Assembly (NCBI GenBank): GCA_964631685.1
Contig: CAZVZU010000003.1
Coordinates: 54,406-118,405, forward strand
DNA length: 64,000 bases
Direction: 5' to 3'
Source of the DNA: an uncultured Actinomycetes bacterium
GTDB lineage: Bacteria > SZUA-79 > Acidulodesulfobacterales > Acidulodesulfobacteraceae
How positions within the stretch are numbered: the first letter of the stretch is position 1; every line of letters begins with the position of its first letter. The position numbers were made by a program, and so were the translations under genes. Under the pieces are notes generated by a model that did not search any database, was not told where the DNA came from, and worked only from the letters and a program-made list of their open reading frames with translations. Shown here in pieces: positions 21,005-31,690 of the stretch.

Positions 21005-22177
21005 TTATATGTTGTGTAAATACATGGCATCCCCATAGCTAAAAAGAGAATAGCCATTTCTTATAGCCTCATCGTAAACCGCTTTTGTTTTATCTATACC
21101 TATTAAGGCGCAAATCATGATAAACAGAGAAGATTTTGGCTGATGAAAATTTGTTATAAGATTTTTAGTTAACTTGAATTTGTAGCCAGGGTACATATAT
21201 AAAGATGTTTGTTTTTCCGTGACCGGTATCAAAAATCCGTTATCATCCGCATCGGATTCTAAGCACCTGGCTGAAGATGTCCCTGTGATTATTACCTTGT
21301 TGTTTGATTTTAATGCCTTATTAATTAATTGGGCTGTTTTTTCTGAAATTGTATACGTTTCTTGGTGAATATTATGTTTCCTGATATCCTTTTCTCTAAC
21401 CGGCATAAATGTTCCGAGCCCGATATTTAGGGAAATATCTGCAAATATTCCGCCTTTATCGTTGATTTTACCCATGAGTTTTTCGGTAAAATGAAGTCCG
21501 GCAGTCGGTGCCGCGACAGAGTAACCGTTTGTATCATTAGCATAAACTGTTTGATAATATGTTGAATCTATTGCCTTCGCGTCCCTTTTGAGATATGGCG
21601 GAAGGGGGATTTGGGCGCATTTCTCGAAAATAAATTCGCTATCTGCCATATTGTTTATCGTAATATCGTAATTTCCGTTGCCATAACTCTTTGAAACCGT
21701 AACCGTAAGATAATCGTCGGTATTTATAGTTTTTATCGCAGCTGTAGCAATATTTAATTTCTCAAATGGCCCTTCTTTGTTCAAGGTTTTTTTGTGTAAA
21801 CTCAAGCGACTTACGTCGTTATCCCTATTTTCTTCGGTTATAAGTACCTCTTCCCCTTCTTTGACGGTTTTATGAGATTTTAAAAGGACATTTAGTGTGA
21901 GCGGGAACACCATATTGAAAGAAAATTTTACGACAAATATTTCTACCTTGCCTCCACTTGGCCTCCTACCGGAGATCCTCGCTTTTTTGACGAAAGAATC
22001 GTTAACAACGACTACATCGTTCTCGTTTATATAGTCGCTTATGTCATAAAACTTCCTATGTTCCATTTTAAAATTTTTTACATCAACAACAAGAAGTTTT
22101 GCCTCATCACGATTTTTTAGCGGATATTTTGCGATTAATTTTTCGTCAAATTCATAATTGAATAAATCTAATTCCAT
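21005..22177 (-). CDS. queA: SAM:tRNA ribosyltransferase-isomerase
   Basis: PLPPY, YQTVYA, AAPTAGLHF, TNFH, SYGDAM. Confidence 0.95.
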   Translation of the reverse strand: MELDLFNYEFDEKLIAKYPLKNRDEAKLLVVDVKNFKMEHRKFYDISDYINENDVVVVNDSFVKKARISGRRPSGGKVEIFVVKFSFNMVFPLTLNVLLKSHKTVKEGEEVLITEENRDNDVSRLSLHKKTLNKEGPFEKLNIATAAIKTINTDDYLTVTVSKSYGNGNYDITINNMADSEFIFEKCAQIPLPPYLKRDAKAIDSTYYQTVYANDTNGYSVAAPTAGLHFTEKLMGKINDKGGIFADISLNIGLGTFMPVREKDIRKHNIHQETYTISEKTAQLINKALKSNNKVIITGTSSARCLESDADDNGFLIPVTEKQTSLYMYPGYKFKLTKNLITNFHQPKSSLFIMICALIGIDKTKAVYDEAIRNGYSLFSYGDAMYLHNI

Positions 22178-22258
22178 ATTCTCCCATTATATTTTTTTGA
22201 TTTTTGTGTTATTATGTGAGTCTAGATTTTATATAAACTGCCTGATTATAACACAATT

Positions 22259-22930
22259 ATGGGAATTTTTGTAACATTTGAGGGTATTGACGGTTCGGGC
22301 AAGACTACCGCGGCATCGACAGTGGCGGATTCCTTAGAAAAGATGGGATATAGTGTTTTACTTACACGGGAGCCGACGGATGCATATCTTGGAAAGATTG
22401 TTAAAAATATTTTTTTAGATAGAAAAGAAATTTGGCATCATTCGATGGACAGAAAAACTATGGCTACCGTTGCGTTATTTCTATTTTCTGCCGACCGAAC
22501 CGTGCATTTAAACGATATTTCATATAAACTGAACAGTTTTGATGTGGTGCTTTGTGACCGGTTTATCGACTCTACATATGCTTATCAGAATGTTTATTTA
22601 ACGGATAAGGGCTACAAGAACGATAAAAGTTTTGAAGATATCATATTCACCTTAAACGATTTTATTCTTAAGCAAGCCAATATACGTGTGGACAGGACTT
22701 ATCTTTTTGACCTGAAGCCCGAATCTGCGCTGAAGCGGTTACATGGCAGGAAGGGTAAATTTGATGGTTTTGACGGTGAATCGCTGAATTTTTTTAATCA
22801 TGTTAGAAACAATTACCTATCCCTTGCGGATAGGTTTAGAAAGAGAATAAAAAAGCTTAATGCCTCCGCTTCCGCCGAGAATATAGCGGAAATGATAATC
22901 GAAGATATAGTTGAATTGATTAAGATTTAA
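22259..22930 (+). CDS. tmk: Thymidylate kinase
   Basis: FEGIDGSGKTT, TREP, DRFIDSTYAYQ. Confidence 0.94.
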   Translation: MGIFVTFEGIDGSGKTTAASTVADSLEKMGYSVLLTREPTDAYLGKIVKNIFLDRKEIWHHSMDRKTMATVALFLFSADRTVHLNDISYKLNSFDVVLCDRFIDSTYAYQNVYLTDKGYKNDKSFEDIIFTLNDFILKQANIRVDRTYLFDLKPESALKRLHGRKGKFDGFDGESLNFFNHVRNNYLSLADRFRKRIKKLNASASAENIAEMIIEDIVELIKI

Positions 22931-22933
22931 GGA

Positions 22934-24067
22934 ATGAAATTTATGGATTATACCCACTATCACATTTCCAATATAATAGGGCATAAGAAACCTATTCAAT
23001 TTCTAAATGGTCTATTTGTAAACGATAGAATTCCTTCAGGGCTTATTTTTTACGGGCAAAAAAATATAGGGAAACTATTTGTCGCATTGTCTTTTGTCGC
23101 ATCTGTTTTATGTAAAGACTATTCGTCTTGTAATTACGATATTGACCAGTTGGAATGTGAAGAGAAAGATTTTAAGAAAGAAAAATATTCTTTAGGCGAA
23201 TATTTTTGCGGAAAATGTCCTTCGTGCGTTGGTGTGCTGAATGGAACAAACCAAAATCTCATGGTTGTAGAACCCGATGGAAATTCAATAAAAATAGACA
23301 AGATCCATCGGATTAACTCCCTTTTAAATTTAACTTCGACCTTTGGCGGCCACCGATTTGTGATAATAGACGACGCGTCTGCCATGAACCAGCATGCTAT
23401 GGGTGCCCTTTTAAAGATATTGGAAGAACCGCCCGATAAGACCGTTTTTATTTTGATTTCGTCAAATATAAGCGGACTCTTTCAAACTATTATTTCGAGA
23501 TGTTCCTTACTTGACTTCAGGCCTATTGAAGATGAAATTTTATTCAAGGCCGTTAAGGGTGAATTTCAGGATATGCGGGACGATACTTTAGCTGTGTACA
23601 TGAGGCTTGCAAAGGGTAGCTATTCAAACTTGAAGAAGTTGATAGTAGGCAGATATTTTGAAACGAGGAAATCTATTTTAGCCTTGATCTTTAACAAATT
23701 ATTTTACAAGAATGCAACGTTGTTAACGTATGATATGTCAGATGCGTTCAATGATATTTTGAAAAATTTCAAGGATGATGACGGCTATCAAGGCAATGAT
23801 AAAGGTAACGAGGATAGGGTCGAATTATTTGAAATATTTTTATTTATTTTAAGGGATATTTTTATTTATCATATGACAAAAAATGAGAAATTGTTATACA
23901 ATATGGACATTTGTGATGATATTGGTAAATTCATAACGGATTCAAATATTACGCCGGACAGATTACTTAGCATGATTGAATTAACGGTTAACCATATAGA
24001 CAAAATGAGCTACAATTTAAACAAAACTATCGCTATGGATGCCTATTTTACAGGTCTTTTAACTTAA
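22934..24067 (+). CDS. holB: DNA polymerase III delta-prime subunit
   Basis: CGKCPSC, LLKILEEPP, TIISRC; follows tmk. Confidence 0.88.
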   Translation: MKFMDYTHYHISNIIGHKKPIQFLNGLFVNDRIPSGLIFYGQKNIGKLFVALSFVASVLCKDYSSCNYDIDQLECEEKDFKKEKYSLGEYFCGKCPSCVGVLNGTNQNLMVVEPDGNSIKIDKIHRINSLLNLTSTFGGHRFVIIDDASAMNQHAMGALLKILEEPPDKTVFILISSNISGLFQTIISRCSLLDFRPIEDEILFKAVKGEFQDMRDDTLAVYMRLAKGSYSNLKKLIVGRYFETRKSILALIFNKLFYKNATLLTYDMSDAFNDILKNFKDDDGYQGNDKGNEDRVELFEIFLFILRDIFIYHMTKNEKLLYNMDICDDIGKFITDSNITPDRLLSMIELTVNHIDKMSYNLNKTIAMDAYFTGLLT

Positions 24068-24158
24068 AATATGGACATGTCGCGGTAGCTTCGTTTCTTT
24101 TGTTTATCTCAATTTAAACGATAAATTATATATTTATCAGGGAGATGTACGCCAAATA

Positions 24159-24875
24159 ATGAGAGTAGCGGGAATAAAAATACATGAAAGGGTTAGTATT
24201 GAGGAATTCAATGCGAAGGCATTGCAATTAAAATTGAATGATAAGGTGCTTGTAAAAAAAGATAATGATCTTTTCTTAGGGATTGTTGCAGAGGATATTA
24301 AAATTGTTGATAAAGACGATAGGGCGATACCTTGGATAATAAGAAAGATTTACAGCTTCGAAACGGGTGAAAAATTTGCATATTATCCCATTGAGAAAGA
24401 AGGTTTTGATTTTTGTAAATTGCAGGCAAAGAGTCTCAAAATGTCAATGAAGCTTCTAAAGGTTAAGTTTCTGCTTAAAGAAAATAAACTCATTTTTTTT
24501 TATAGTGCAGAAGAAAGAGTCGATTTTAGAGAGCTTGTAAAAATACTTGCGGGCAAATTTCATTTAAGAATAGAGATGCGCCAAATTAATATTAGAGACG
24601 AGTGTAAACTTTTGGGAGGGATAGGTCTATGCGGAAGAATGTGTTGTTGCAACTCGATAGAGCGGGAGTCTAAGAGCCATATATCCTCAAAAGTAACGAA
24701 ACTTCAGTGTCAAAATGCCGGCAATCTTGTGGGCTACTGCGGCAGGCTTTTATGTTGCCTTGTCTTTGACCCGCCTAATCCGGAGGAGGAGACATGCGAA
24801 GAAGCGCAGGATAGCAGTAAGCTTTTTTATAATAGTAATGATTCATATGACGATACTTTAAATAAACGGAAGTAA
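24159..24875 (+). CDS. PSP1/RicT (YaaT) family protein
   Basis: RVDFRELV, CGRMCCC and CGRLLCCL; holB-PSP1-metG synteny. Confidence 0.88.
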   Translation: MRVAGIKIHERVSIEEFNAKALQLKLNDKVLVKKDNDLFLGIVAEDIKIVDKDDRAIPWIIRKIYSFETGEKFAYYPIEKEGFDFCKLQAKSLKMSMKLLKVKFLLKENKLIFFYSAEERVDFRELVKILAGKFHLRIEMRQINIRDECKLLGGIGLCGRMCCCNSIERESKSHISSKVTKLQCQNAGNLVGYCGRLLCCLVFDPPNPEEETCEEAQDSSKLFYNSNDSYDDTLNKRK

Positions 24876-24892
24876 AAAGAACGGTATAAATT

Positions 24893-26479
24893 ATGATAGA
24901 TAACACAACAGGCAAAGATAATTACAAGGGCTATTTTTATGTTACTACACCCATATATTATGTAAACGATATTCCGCATATTGGGCATGCGTATTCAACG
25001 GTAATTGCCGATTCTATCGCTAGATTTAAGAGGTTATCTGGTTACAAGGTATTTTTTTTGACGGGAACAGATGAGCATGGATTAAAGATAGAAAAGGAAG
25101 CAAATGCAAGGGGAATAAGCCCTAAAGAGCTTGCGGATACCGTTCATATTAAGTTTGATAATCTTTTTGATATGCTTTCCATATCCTATAACAGGTTTAT
25201 CAGAACAACGGATGAAGATCACATAAAAGCGGTTCAGCTTGCATTTTCCATATTGATGGACAAGGGCGATATTTATCTTTCTGAATATGAGGGATGGTAT
25301 TGTACTCCGTGCGAGACATTTTTGACCAAAAAATCGCTCAAAGAGGGCGGTTGCCCCCAGTGCGGAAGGCTTGCGTCAAGGGTTAAAGAGGAGAGCTATT
25401 TTCTAAGATTAAGCAAATATGAAAAACAGTTAATGGACTATATCGACAGTCACCCGGAATTTATTAAACCGTCTTTTCGAAGGAATGAAGTTTTATCCTT
25501 TATCAAGGACGGATTAAATGATTTAAGTATTTCGAGAACATCATTTAGGTGGGGCATCCCGGTACCGGGAAACAGCAAGCATGTTATATATGTCTGGTTC
25601 GATGCCCTGTTAAATTATCTTTCGGCAATAGGTTTTGGAGAGTTTAGCGGCGGGGCTAAGAACGATTTTAATTTATTTTTTGAAACCGCCAATCATATAG
25701 TAGGCAAGGATATTCTTAAATTTCATGCTGTTTATTGGCCAATTATGCTTTTTGCTTTGAATTTACCGCTCCCAAAAACGATATTTGCACACGGTTGGTG
25801 GCTTCTGAACAACAAAAAGATGTCTAAATCTATCGGTAACGTTATAGATCCTATTGATTTGATTAATAATTATGGGACGGATTCCTTGAGATTTTATCTT
25901 TTAAGAGAGGTAACTATAGGATTAGACGGAGATTTTAGTACGGATAATTTTATTACCCGATATAATTCTGAGCTTGCAAACGATCTGGGAAATTTGATTT
26001 CAAGAACGACTGCAATGTTAAGAAAATTTACAGGCGGTATCCTACCTAATTTTGATGCGGGGGTAGATGAAAACTTGATTAAATCTATCGACAATATAAC
26101 GAATGCGCTAGACAAAAGATACAATAACTATGATTTTGCAAAAATATTAGAGGATATCTTTCGGTTTATTGGTAGGGTAAACAAATATATAAATGACGCT
26201 GCCCCTTGGAAAATAGACCTATCGGAAAGTAAGGGCAGTGCGCAATTGCATAAGATATTGAGAACCGCCATTGTATCAATCTATTGTATTTCGTACCTTA
26301 TATATCCGTTTATGCCCGATACTTCGGCTAAGATTAATGCAATATTAAACATAGAGTCCTTTGAATCTTTTAGATTTTCAATTATTCCGGAAAATATCCT
26401 TGACGGACACCCCGTATTGTTTAAAAATGGGCACAAAATAAGCGAAAACAGAGATATTTTATTTCCAAAGATAACATGA
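24893..26479 (+). CDS. metG: Methionine-tRNA ligase (short form)
   Basis: HIGH, KMSKS, YVWFDAL motifs. Confidence 0.97.
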   Translation: MIDNTTGKDNYKGYFYVTTPIYYVNDIPHIGHAYSTVIADSIARFKRLSGYKVFFLTGTDEHGLKIEKEANARGISPKELADTVHIKFDNLFDMLSISYNRFIRTTDEDHIKAVQLAFSILMDKGDIYLSEYEGWYCTPCETFLTKKSLKEGGCPQCGRLASRVKEESYFLRLSKYEKQLMDYIDSHPEFIKPSFRRNEVLSFIKDGLNDLSISRTSFRWGIPVPGNSKHVIYVWFDALLNYLSAIGFGEFSGGAKNDFNLFFETANHIVGKDILKFHAVYWPIMLFALNLPLPKTIFAHGWWLLNNKKMSKSIGNVIDPIDLINNYGTDSLRFYLLREVTIGLDGDFSTDNFITRYNSELANDLGNLISRTTAMLRKFTGGILPNFDAGVDENLIKSIDNITNALDKRYNNYDFAKILEDIFRFIGRVNKYINDAAPWKIDLSESKGSAQLHKILRTAIVSIYCISYLIYPFMPDTSAKINAILNIESFESFRFSIIPENILDGHPVLFKNGHKISENRDILFPKIT

Positions 26480-27921
26480 TAGATTCACATTGCCACGTAG
26501 AGATGCAAGACTTTGAAAGCGATTTTTGCGCCATGGTCGAAAGAATGGGAGAAAATGGCGTAACGCATGCTATATCTATAGGCTCTTTGGCCCAAGACGA
26601 AAGGATAGAAAAAACCATAGACATTGTTGATTCATACGATTTTATTTATACTACGCTCGGGGTCCATCCTAAGAGCCCTTATGCTGATTTTGACAATATT
26701 ATGAAACTGTTTGAGAGCTATTATTCAAACAGTTCCGAGAAAATTATTGCCGTTGGCGAGATTGGTCTTGATTATTTTTTTAATGGCGAGGTAAGGGGGG
26801 ACATAACTGAAATTAAAAACATGCAAAAGAAACTGTTTAAATTTCAGATAGAGATAGCCTTAGCACACAGGCTTCCAATTATAGTTCATGTTAGGGATGC
26901 TTATGACGATGCACTGGACATCCTAAGGGGCTACGTGGAGTCGCACGGCGGTTTTTCCGGGGGAGTAATTCATTGTTTTTCTGCTGATGACTTGAATATT
27001 GCTACAGAATTTATAAAGTTGGGTTTTTTTATATCCTTTTCGGCAAATATTACGTATAAAAAGAATGACAATATTAGATTAACGGCAAAGAATATTCCGA
27101 GCGAGAAGATTTTAGTGGAAACCGATAGTCCTTATCTCGCTCCACAGGTTTTTAGGGGTAAGAGAAACGAGCCTTCATATGTTCGCTTTGTCCTGCAGGA
27201 GATTGCAAGATTAAAAGGAGTTGAGCAAAAAACGCTTGATGATATTACAGTGCAAAATACTGTAAATCTTTTTTCTATTGGCGGGGTAGATGGTTTTTAT
27301 CCTGCCGTTGCTTATAAAATCAGAAATTCTGTTTATGTAAACCTGACAAATAAATGCACGAATCGTTGTTCTTTCTGTCCAAAATATCAAGATGATAAAG
27401 ATAATTTCAATGTTAAGGGATACAATCTTCGATTAAAGAAAGAACCGCTGGTACATGAAGTCATTACATCTATTTTTCACTATTACGATTTTGATGAAGT
27501 TGTTTTTTGCGGACTCGGTGAACCTACCCTAAAAATAGAGGAGCTTAAGGCTACGGCCCGGGCGATTAAAGACAAAGATGGCGGCAAAATACAGGTTAGA
27601 CTCGATACGGATGGATTGGCAAATGCCATATATAACCGAAATATTGCGCGTGAACTAAGCGGACTCGTAGATAGTGTCAGTGTAAGTTTGAATGCTCACA
27701 ATAGCAATTTTTATAACGAAGTATGTTTTCCTAATATAAACAAGAAAAAGGTTGATGCATATTCCGCCATTTTAGATTTTATAAGGGAATCTAAAAAATA
27801 CATAGGCAAGGTCACCGCTACCGCGGTAGATTTACCGGGGCTTGATGTTTCTCATACCCGCAAGATAGCAGAAAAACTCGGTGTTGAATTTAAGCTTCGC
27901 AGATACAATAATGTTGGATAA
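26476..27921 (+). CDS. TatD hydrolase fused to a radical SAM domain
   Basis: HCH, EIGLD, HCFS, ETDSPY TatD motifs; CTNRCSFC and GEP in the C-terminal part. Confidence 0.92.
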   Translation: MIDSHCHVEMQDFESDFCAMVERMGENGVTHAISIGSLAQDERIEKTIDIVDSYDFIYTTLGVHPKSPYADFDNIMKLFESYYSNSSEKIIAVGEIGLDYFFNGEVRGDITEIKNMQKKLFKFQIEIALAHRLPIIVHVRDAYDDALDILRGYVESHGGFSGGVIHCFSADDLNIATEFIKLGFFISFSANITYKKNDNIRLTAKNIPSEKILVETDSPYLAPQVFRGKRNEPSYVRFVLQEIARLKGVEQKTLDDITVQNTVNLFSIGGVDGFYPAVAYKIRNSVYVNLTNKCTNRCSFCPKYQDDKDNFNVKGYNLRLKKEPLVHEVITSIFHYYDFDEVVFCGLGEPTLKIEELKATARAIKDKDGGKIQVRLDTDGLANAIYNRNIARELSGLVDSVSVSLNAHNSNFYNEVCFPNINKKKVDAYSAILDFIRESKKYIGKVTATAVDLPGLDVSHTRKIAEKLGVEFKLRRYNNVG

Positions 27922-27944
27922 GACAATTTTACAATAAAGCAAGA

Positions 27945-29045
27945 CTAGAACAGCTCTCCGGTGAAGCTGTGATTCAAACTACTACCGTCGGTAATGGCGT
28001 TGTTATCATTTTCTCTCTCTATCGTTGTGCCTTCCGCGCCCTTATTTTCTTCGCCGATATCCCCGTTTGTTTCTGAAGTGTAAAATATTTTAGAATTTAA
28101 TATGTACCTATTAAATTGCTTAGAATACGGACTCCATGCCGTACTCTGATTTTCTATCATACATATAAACTGGTTTGCTTTTGCATCCATATTGTCAATA
28201 GAGTGTAGCAAGAGTGCCTCTATGGTTTTCGGCCTTTTTGGGGAGCCGAATTCTAACTCTCCATGGTGAGATGCGATGGAGTGAAGTAGTATTGTCCTTA
28301 AATTATTAGGAAAACCGGAAATTTCATCAATCTTTTTATCTATAATATTTATTCCTATGATTATATGTCCCAGAAGTTTCCCTTCATCGGAATATTCGGC
28401 TATGTTGTTTTTATTGCTTAACTCTTCCATTTTACCGACATCATGAAGGAGTATGGATAGGATTAAAATATCTTTATTTATATATTTTTCATAGTGTTTA
28501 GAAAGAAAAACTCCCATTTTCAGCATGCTGAGCGTGTGTTCGAGCAGACCTCCTATATAACCGTGATGAATAGATTTTGCGGCAGGCATAGTTTTTAATT
28601 TTTTAACATAATTTTCGTCGTCTAAAAACTTTTTTGTCAGTGCTATAATATACTCGTCTGCCAACGTTTCGTTCATGATAGTCGAAAGTTCAGAAAACAT
28701 AGCGTTTATGTCGTATTCAGTAGATTTTAAAAATAGCTTGAGCATGTCACCGTCTATCTCGCCACTGTCTATTTTTTCTAAGGCAGAAATGCTAAGCTGA
28801 AGTTCATTTTGAAATACGGATGTTCTGGATTTTATTTTAACGAAGTCTCCTGCGTCAAAGATGTTGTCATATCTTTCCACATTATCCCATATATATCCCT
28901 TTATTTCACCAGTCTTATCGGATAATTTTAAATATATATAGGACTTTCCGGTTTTTCCGGTAGCTACGGATTTACTCTTAACAAGAAAGACCGAATCTAT
29001 TTTTTGATTTTCCTTAATATCGGAGATTAGTATTTTTTTCATCAC
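27945..29045 (-). CDS. YhaM-like 3'-5' exoribonuclease (OB fold plus HD)
   Basis: N-terminal OB fold, HH..GGLLEH, LLHDVGK, SHHG.LEFGSP. Confidence 0.9.
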   Translation of the reverse strand: MMKKILISDIKENQKIDSVFLVKSKSVATGKTGKSYIYLKLSDKTGEIKGYIWDNVERYDNIFDAGDFVKIKSRTSVFQNELQLSISALEKIDSGEIDGDMLKLFLKSTEYDINAMFSELSTIMNETLADEYIIALTKKFLDDENYVKKLKTMPAAKSIHHGYIGGLLEHTLSMLKMGVFLSKHYEKYINKDILILSILLHDVGKMEELSNKNNIAEYSDEGKLLGHIIIGINIIDKKIDEISGFPNNLRTILLHSIASHHGELEFGSPKRPKTIEALLLHSIDNMDAKANQFICMIENQSTAWSPYSKQFNRYILNSKIFYTSETNGDIGEENKGAEGTTIERENDNNAITDGSSLNHSFTGELF

Positions 29046-29207
29046 TACATACTAACAAAACCACGGATAAAAATCAAAATTAACTTTTTTGTTGCCAAAA
29101 AATACAATATAATATAACATCGTTGACATACTTAATGTATTCTATAAGTATATTTTAAATAAAAATCTAAAATATTCCGTTTCGTAGGGGATAAAAGCAG
29201 GTGAATT

Positions 29208-30245
29208 ATGTTTATTGATAATTTGATCGGGTTGTTTAGCAACGATTTGGCGGTTGATCTCGGTACCGCAAACACGCTTATCTATGTCAAGGATAAGGGT
29301 GTTGTCTCTAACGAACCGTCTGTTGTGGCGGTCCATACCGATTCACGTGGGGAGAAAAAGATTCTTGCCGTAGGTAGGGACGCAAAAAGGATGCTCGGCA
29401 GGACACCGGGGAATATTTCTGCGATTAGACCGATGAAAGATGGAGTTATTGCCGATTTTGAGGTTGTGGAAGCCATGCTTAAATATTTCATAAGGAAAAT
29501 TCATAATAGAAAGACCATGATAAGGCCTAGGGTCATTGTGGCAATTCCGTCTGGTATTACCGCCGTCGAAAGAAGAGCGGTTAAGGAGTCCGCCGAAGCT
29601 GCAGGGGCAAGAGTGGTTTATCTTTTAGAAGAACCTGTTGCTGCTGCTATTGGGGCAGGTCTTCCCATCACAGAAGCTGCCGGTAACATGATAGTTGATA
29701 TAGGTGGAGGAACTACCGAGGTTGCCGTAATATCCATGTCCGGTATAGTTTATGCAAAATCGTTAAGAGTTGGAGGCGACAAAATAGACAATGCTATCAT
29801 ACAATATATTAAGAAAAAGTATAATCTGCTTATAGGGGATAGGACGGCGGAGCTTGCTAAGATGACGATAGGAACGGTCTATCCGACGCAAGAAGAGTCA
29901 AAGATGAACATAAAAGGAAGGGATTTGGTAAGCGGAATACCGAAAATTATAGAGATAACATCATCTGAGGTTTCGGAGGCTATGTCAGAACCTGCAGAAC
30001 AGATAGTGGATGCGATAAGAACTACTCTAGAAAATATACCCCCTGAGCTTTCATCGGATATCGTAGATAGAGGAATTGTACTTGCAGGCGGGGGTGCACT
30101 CCTTAAAAATGTGGATCTTTTAATAAGGGAACATACCGAGCTTCCTGTCATAATAGCCGACGACCCGCTTACATGCGTGGTAAGAGGGGCGGGCAAAGCG
30201 TTAAACGAAATTAACGTATTAAAAGATATAATGCTTGAGAACTAG
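29208..30245 (+). CDS. mreB: Rod shape-determining protein MreB
   Basis: DLGTANT, DIGGGTTE, GGGALL. Confidence 0.97.
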   Translation: MFIDNLIGLFSNDLAVDLGTANTLIYVKDKGVVSNEPSVVAVHTDSRGEKKILAVGRDAKRMLGRTPGNISAIRPMKDGVIADFEVVEAMLKYFIRKIHNRKTMIRPRVIVAIPSGITAVERRAVKESAEAAGARVVYLLEEPVAAAIGAGLPITEAAGNMIVDIGGGTTEVAVISMSGIVYAKSLRVGGDKIDNAIIQYIKKKYNLLIGDRTAELAKMTIGTVYPTQEESKMNIKGRDLVSGIPKIIEITSSEVSEAMSEPAEQIVDAIRTTLENIPPELSSDIVDRGIVLAGGGALLKNVDLLIREHTELPVIIADDPLTCVVRGAGKALNEINVLKDIMLEN

Positions 30246-30247
30246 TT

Positions 30248-31072
30248 GTGGAAAAATTTCGTAGAAATGCAAGGTTTAAAAAGCATAAGGACATAATAGT
30301 CTTATTTATACTGATAGTAATATCTGTTGCATTATATATCTTTTCTGTTAATGGATCTAAATTTAGCGGTTTGTTTTCTGATTTTATAGACAACTCTTTA
30401 TATAACACATATAGAGTAGTGGATTATCCCTTGAATGTTTCCGAAAGATTATATGAAAATTATTTAAATGTTTTATCCGTTAAAAGTGATAATAAATTAC
30501 TCAGGGCCAAGATAAGGCTGTCTAGGTACAAACTGAACAAATATAAGGCGTATCAAATAGAAAATGAAAAGCTTAAGGCCCTTTTATTTTTAAGGAACGC
30601 GTTGCACAGAAAATCCATTCCCGCAACCATTACATTTCACGGAATAGAGGGTTGGCTGAACAGTTTTTATATCAACAAGGGCAGAAAAGACGGTATTAAG
30701 GTAGGAAACGGGGTTTTTTCATATAGCGGGGTTGTCGGAAGGGTTGTTTACGAAACGAATAATTATGCCAAGGTCATTCCAATTACAAATCCTAGGTGTA
30801 TTTTTTCTGTGGTGGATGCAAATACTGGTACCCTTGGTGTGGTGCGCGGGCTTGGGAATGGCTATATTAGTATGAGATTTGTGTTTAATTCTCAGGAAGT
30901 AAATGTAGGAGATAAAATTTTAACCTCAGGGCTGGGGGGTGTTTTTGCTTCCGGAATAAATGTTGGCAAGGTATTTGCAGTAAATAGGAAAAGTTATAAG
31001 ATATTTCAAAAGATAACAATAATCCCTTACAAAAATTTATTTAATGCTAAATATGTTCTCATCGAAGAATGA
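30248..31072 (+). CDS. mreC: Rod shape-determining protein MreC
   Basis: TM, coiled coil, TSGLGGVF; follows mreB. Confidence 0.9.
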   Translation: MEKFRRNARFKKHKDIIVLFILIVISVALYIFSVNGSKFSGLFSDFIDNSLYNTYRVVDYPLNVSERLYENYLNVLSVKSDNKLLRAKIRLSRYKLNKYKAYQIENEKLKALLFLRNALHRKSIPATITFHGIEGWLNSFYINKGRKDGIKVGNGVFSYSGVVGRVVYETNNYAKVIPITNPRCIFSVVDANTGTLGVVRGLGNGYISMRFVFNSQEVNVGDKILTSGLGGVFASGINVGKVFAVNRKSYKIFQKITIIPYKNLFNAKYVLIEE

Positions 31073-31589
31073 CGCGGTAAAATATATTTATATATTTTGT
31101 TTTTCTTTATTTTTAATGCTTATATCCTTAACATCGACAAATAATTTTAATCATATAAATATTTTTCCAAATCTTGCTCTCATAGCAATCGTTTATATTG
31201 CCGCATATTTAGACGTTTATACCGGCGCAATATCGTCTTATCTATTGTTTTATATTTATGGTTCCCTTACCGTTTTGAATCCGGCGACTTTTTCTCTTGC
31301 GGCGGTTATTGCGTACGTCGTTTCTTACATTTTGTGGCGTAAGGTTTCAACAGACAACTGGTTTAATGAAATATTGATAACCTTTGCTGCATCCGCAGTC
31401 TATTATTTTACCCTTTTTTTTATAGTTTTTTACTCCTTAGATATGCATTTTGATTACCAGAATTTTTTCTTTCTGCACAGTATTCCTATTTCCATAATAA
31501 CGGCTGTAATTTCCCCATTGGCATTCTTATTGTTTAAAAAACTTGGCTATAAAAATTTTTCTAAAAGGAATAGAATAATTATGAATTAA
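31044..31589 (+). CDS. mreD: Rod shape-determining protein MreD-like membrane protein
   Basis: About five TM helices, follows mreC. Confidence 0.65.
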   Translation: MLNMFSSKNDAVKYIYIFCFSLFLMLISLTSTNNFNHINIFPNLALIAIVYIAAYLDVYTGAISSYLLFYIYGSLTVLNPATFSLAAVIAYVVSYILWRKVSTDNWFNEILITFAASAVYYFTLFFIVFYSLDMHFDYQNFFFLHSIPISIITAVISPLAFLLFKKLGYKNFSKRNRIIMN

Positions 31590-31690
31590 TAATGCTTCAT
31601 TTTTCATTTGCATAAAATCTTGTTGGCATATAAAATGGTACAGCCGCAAGAAATAATATCGATAATTTTTTAAAGAGGTTTCAGAACATC

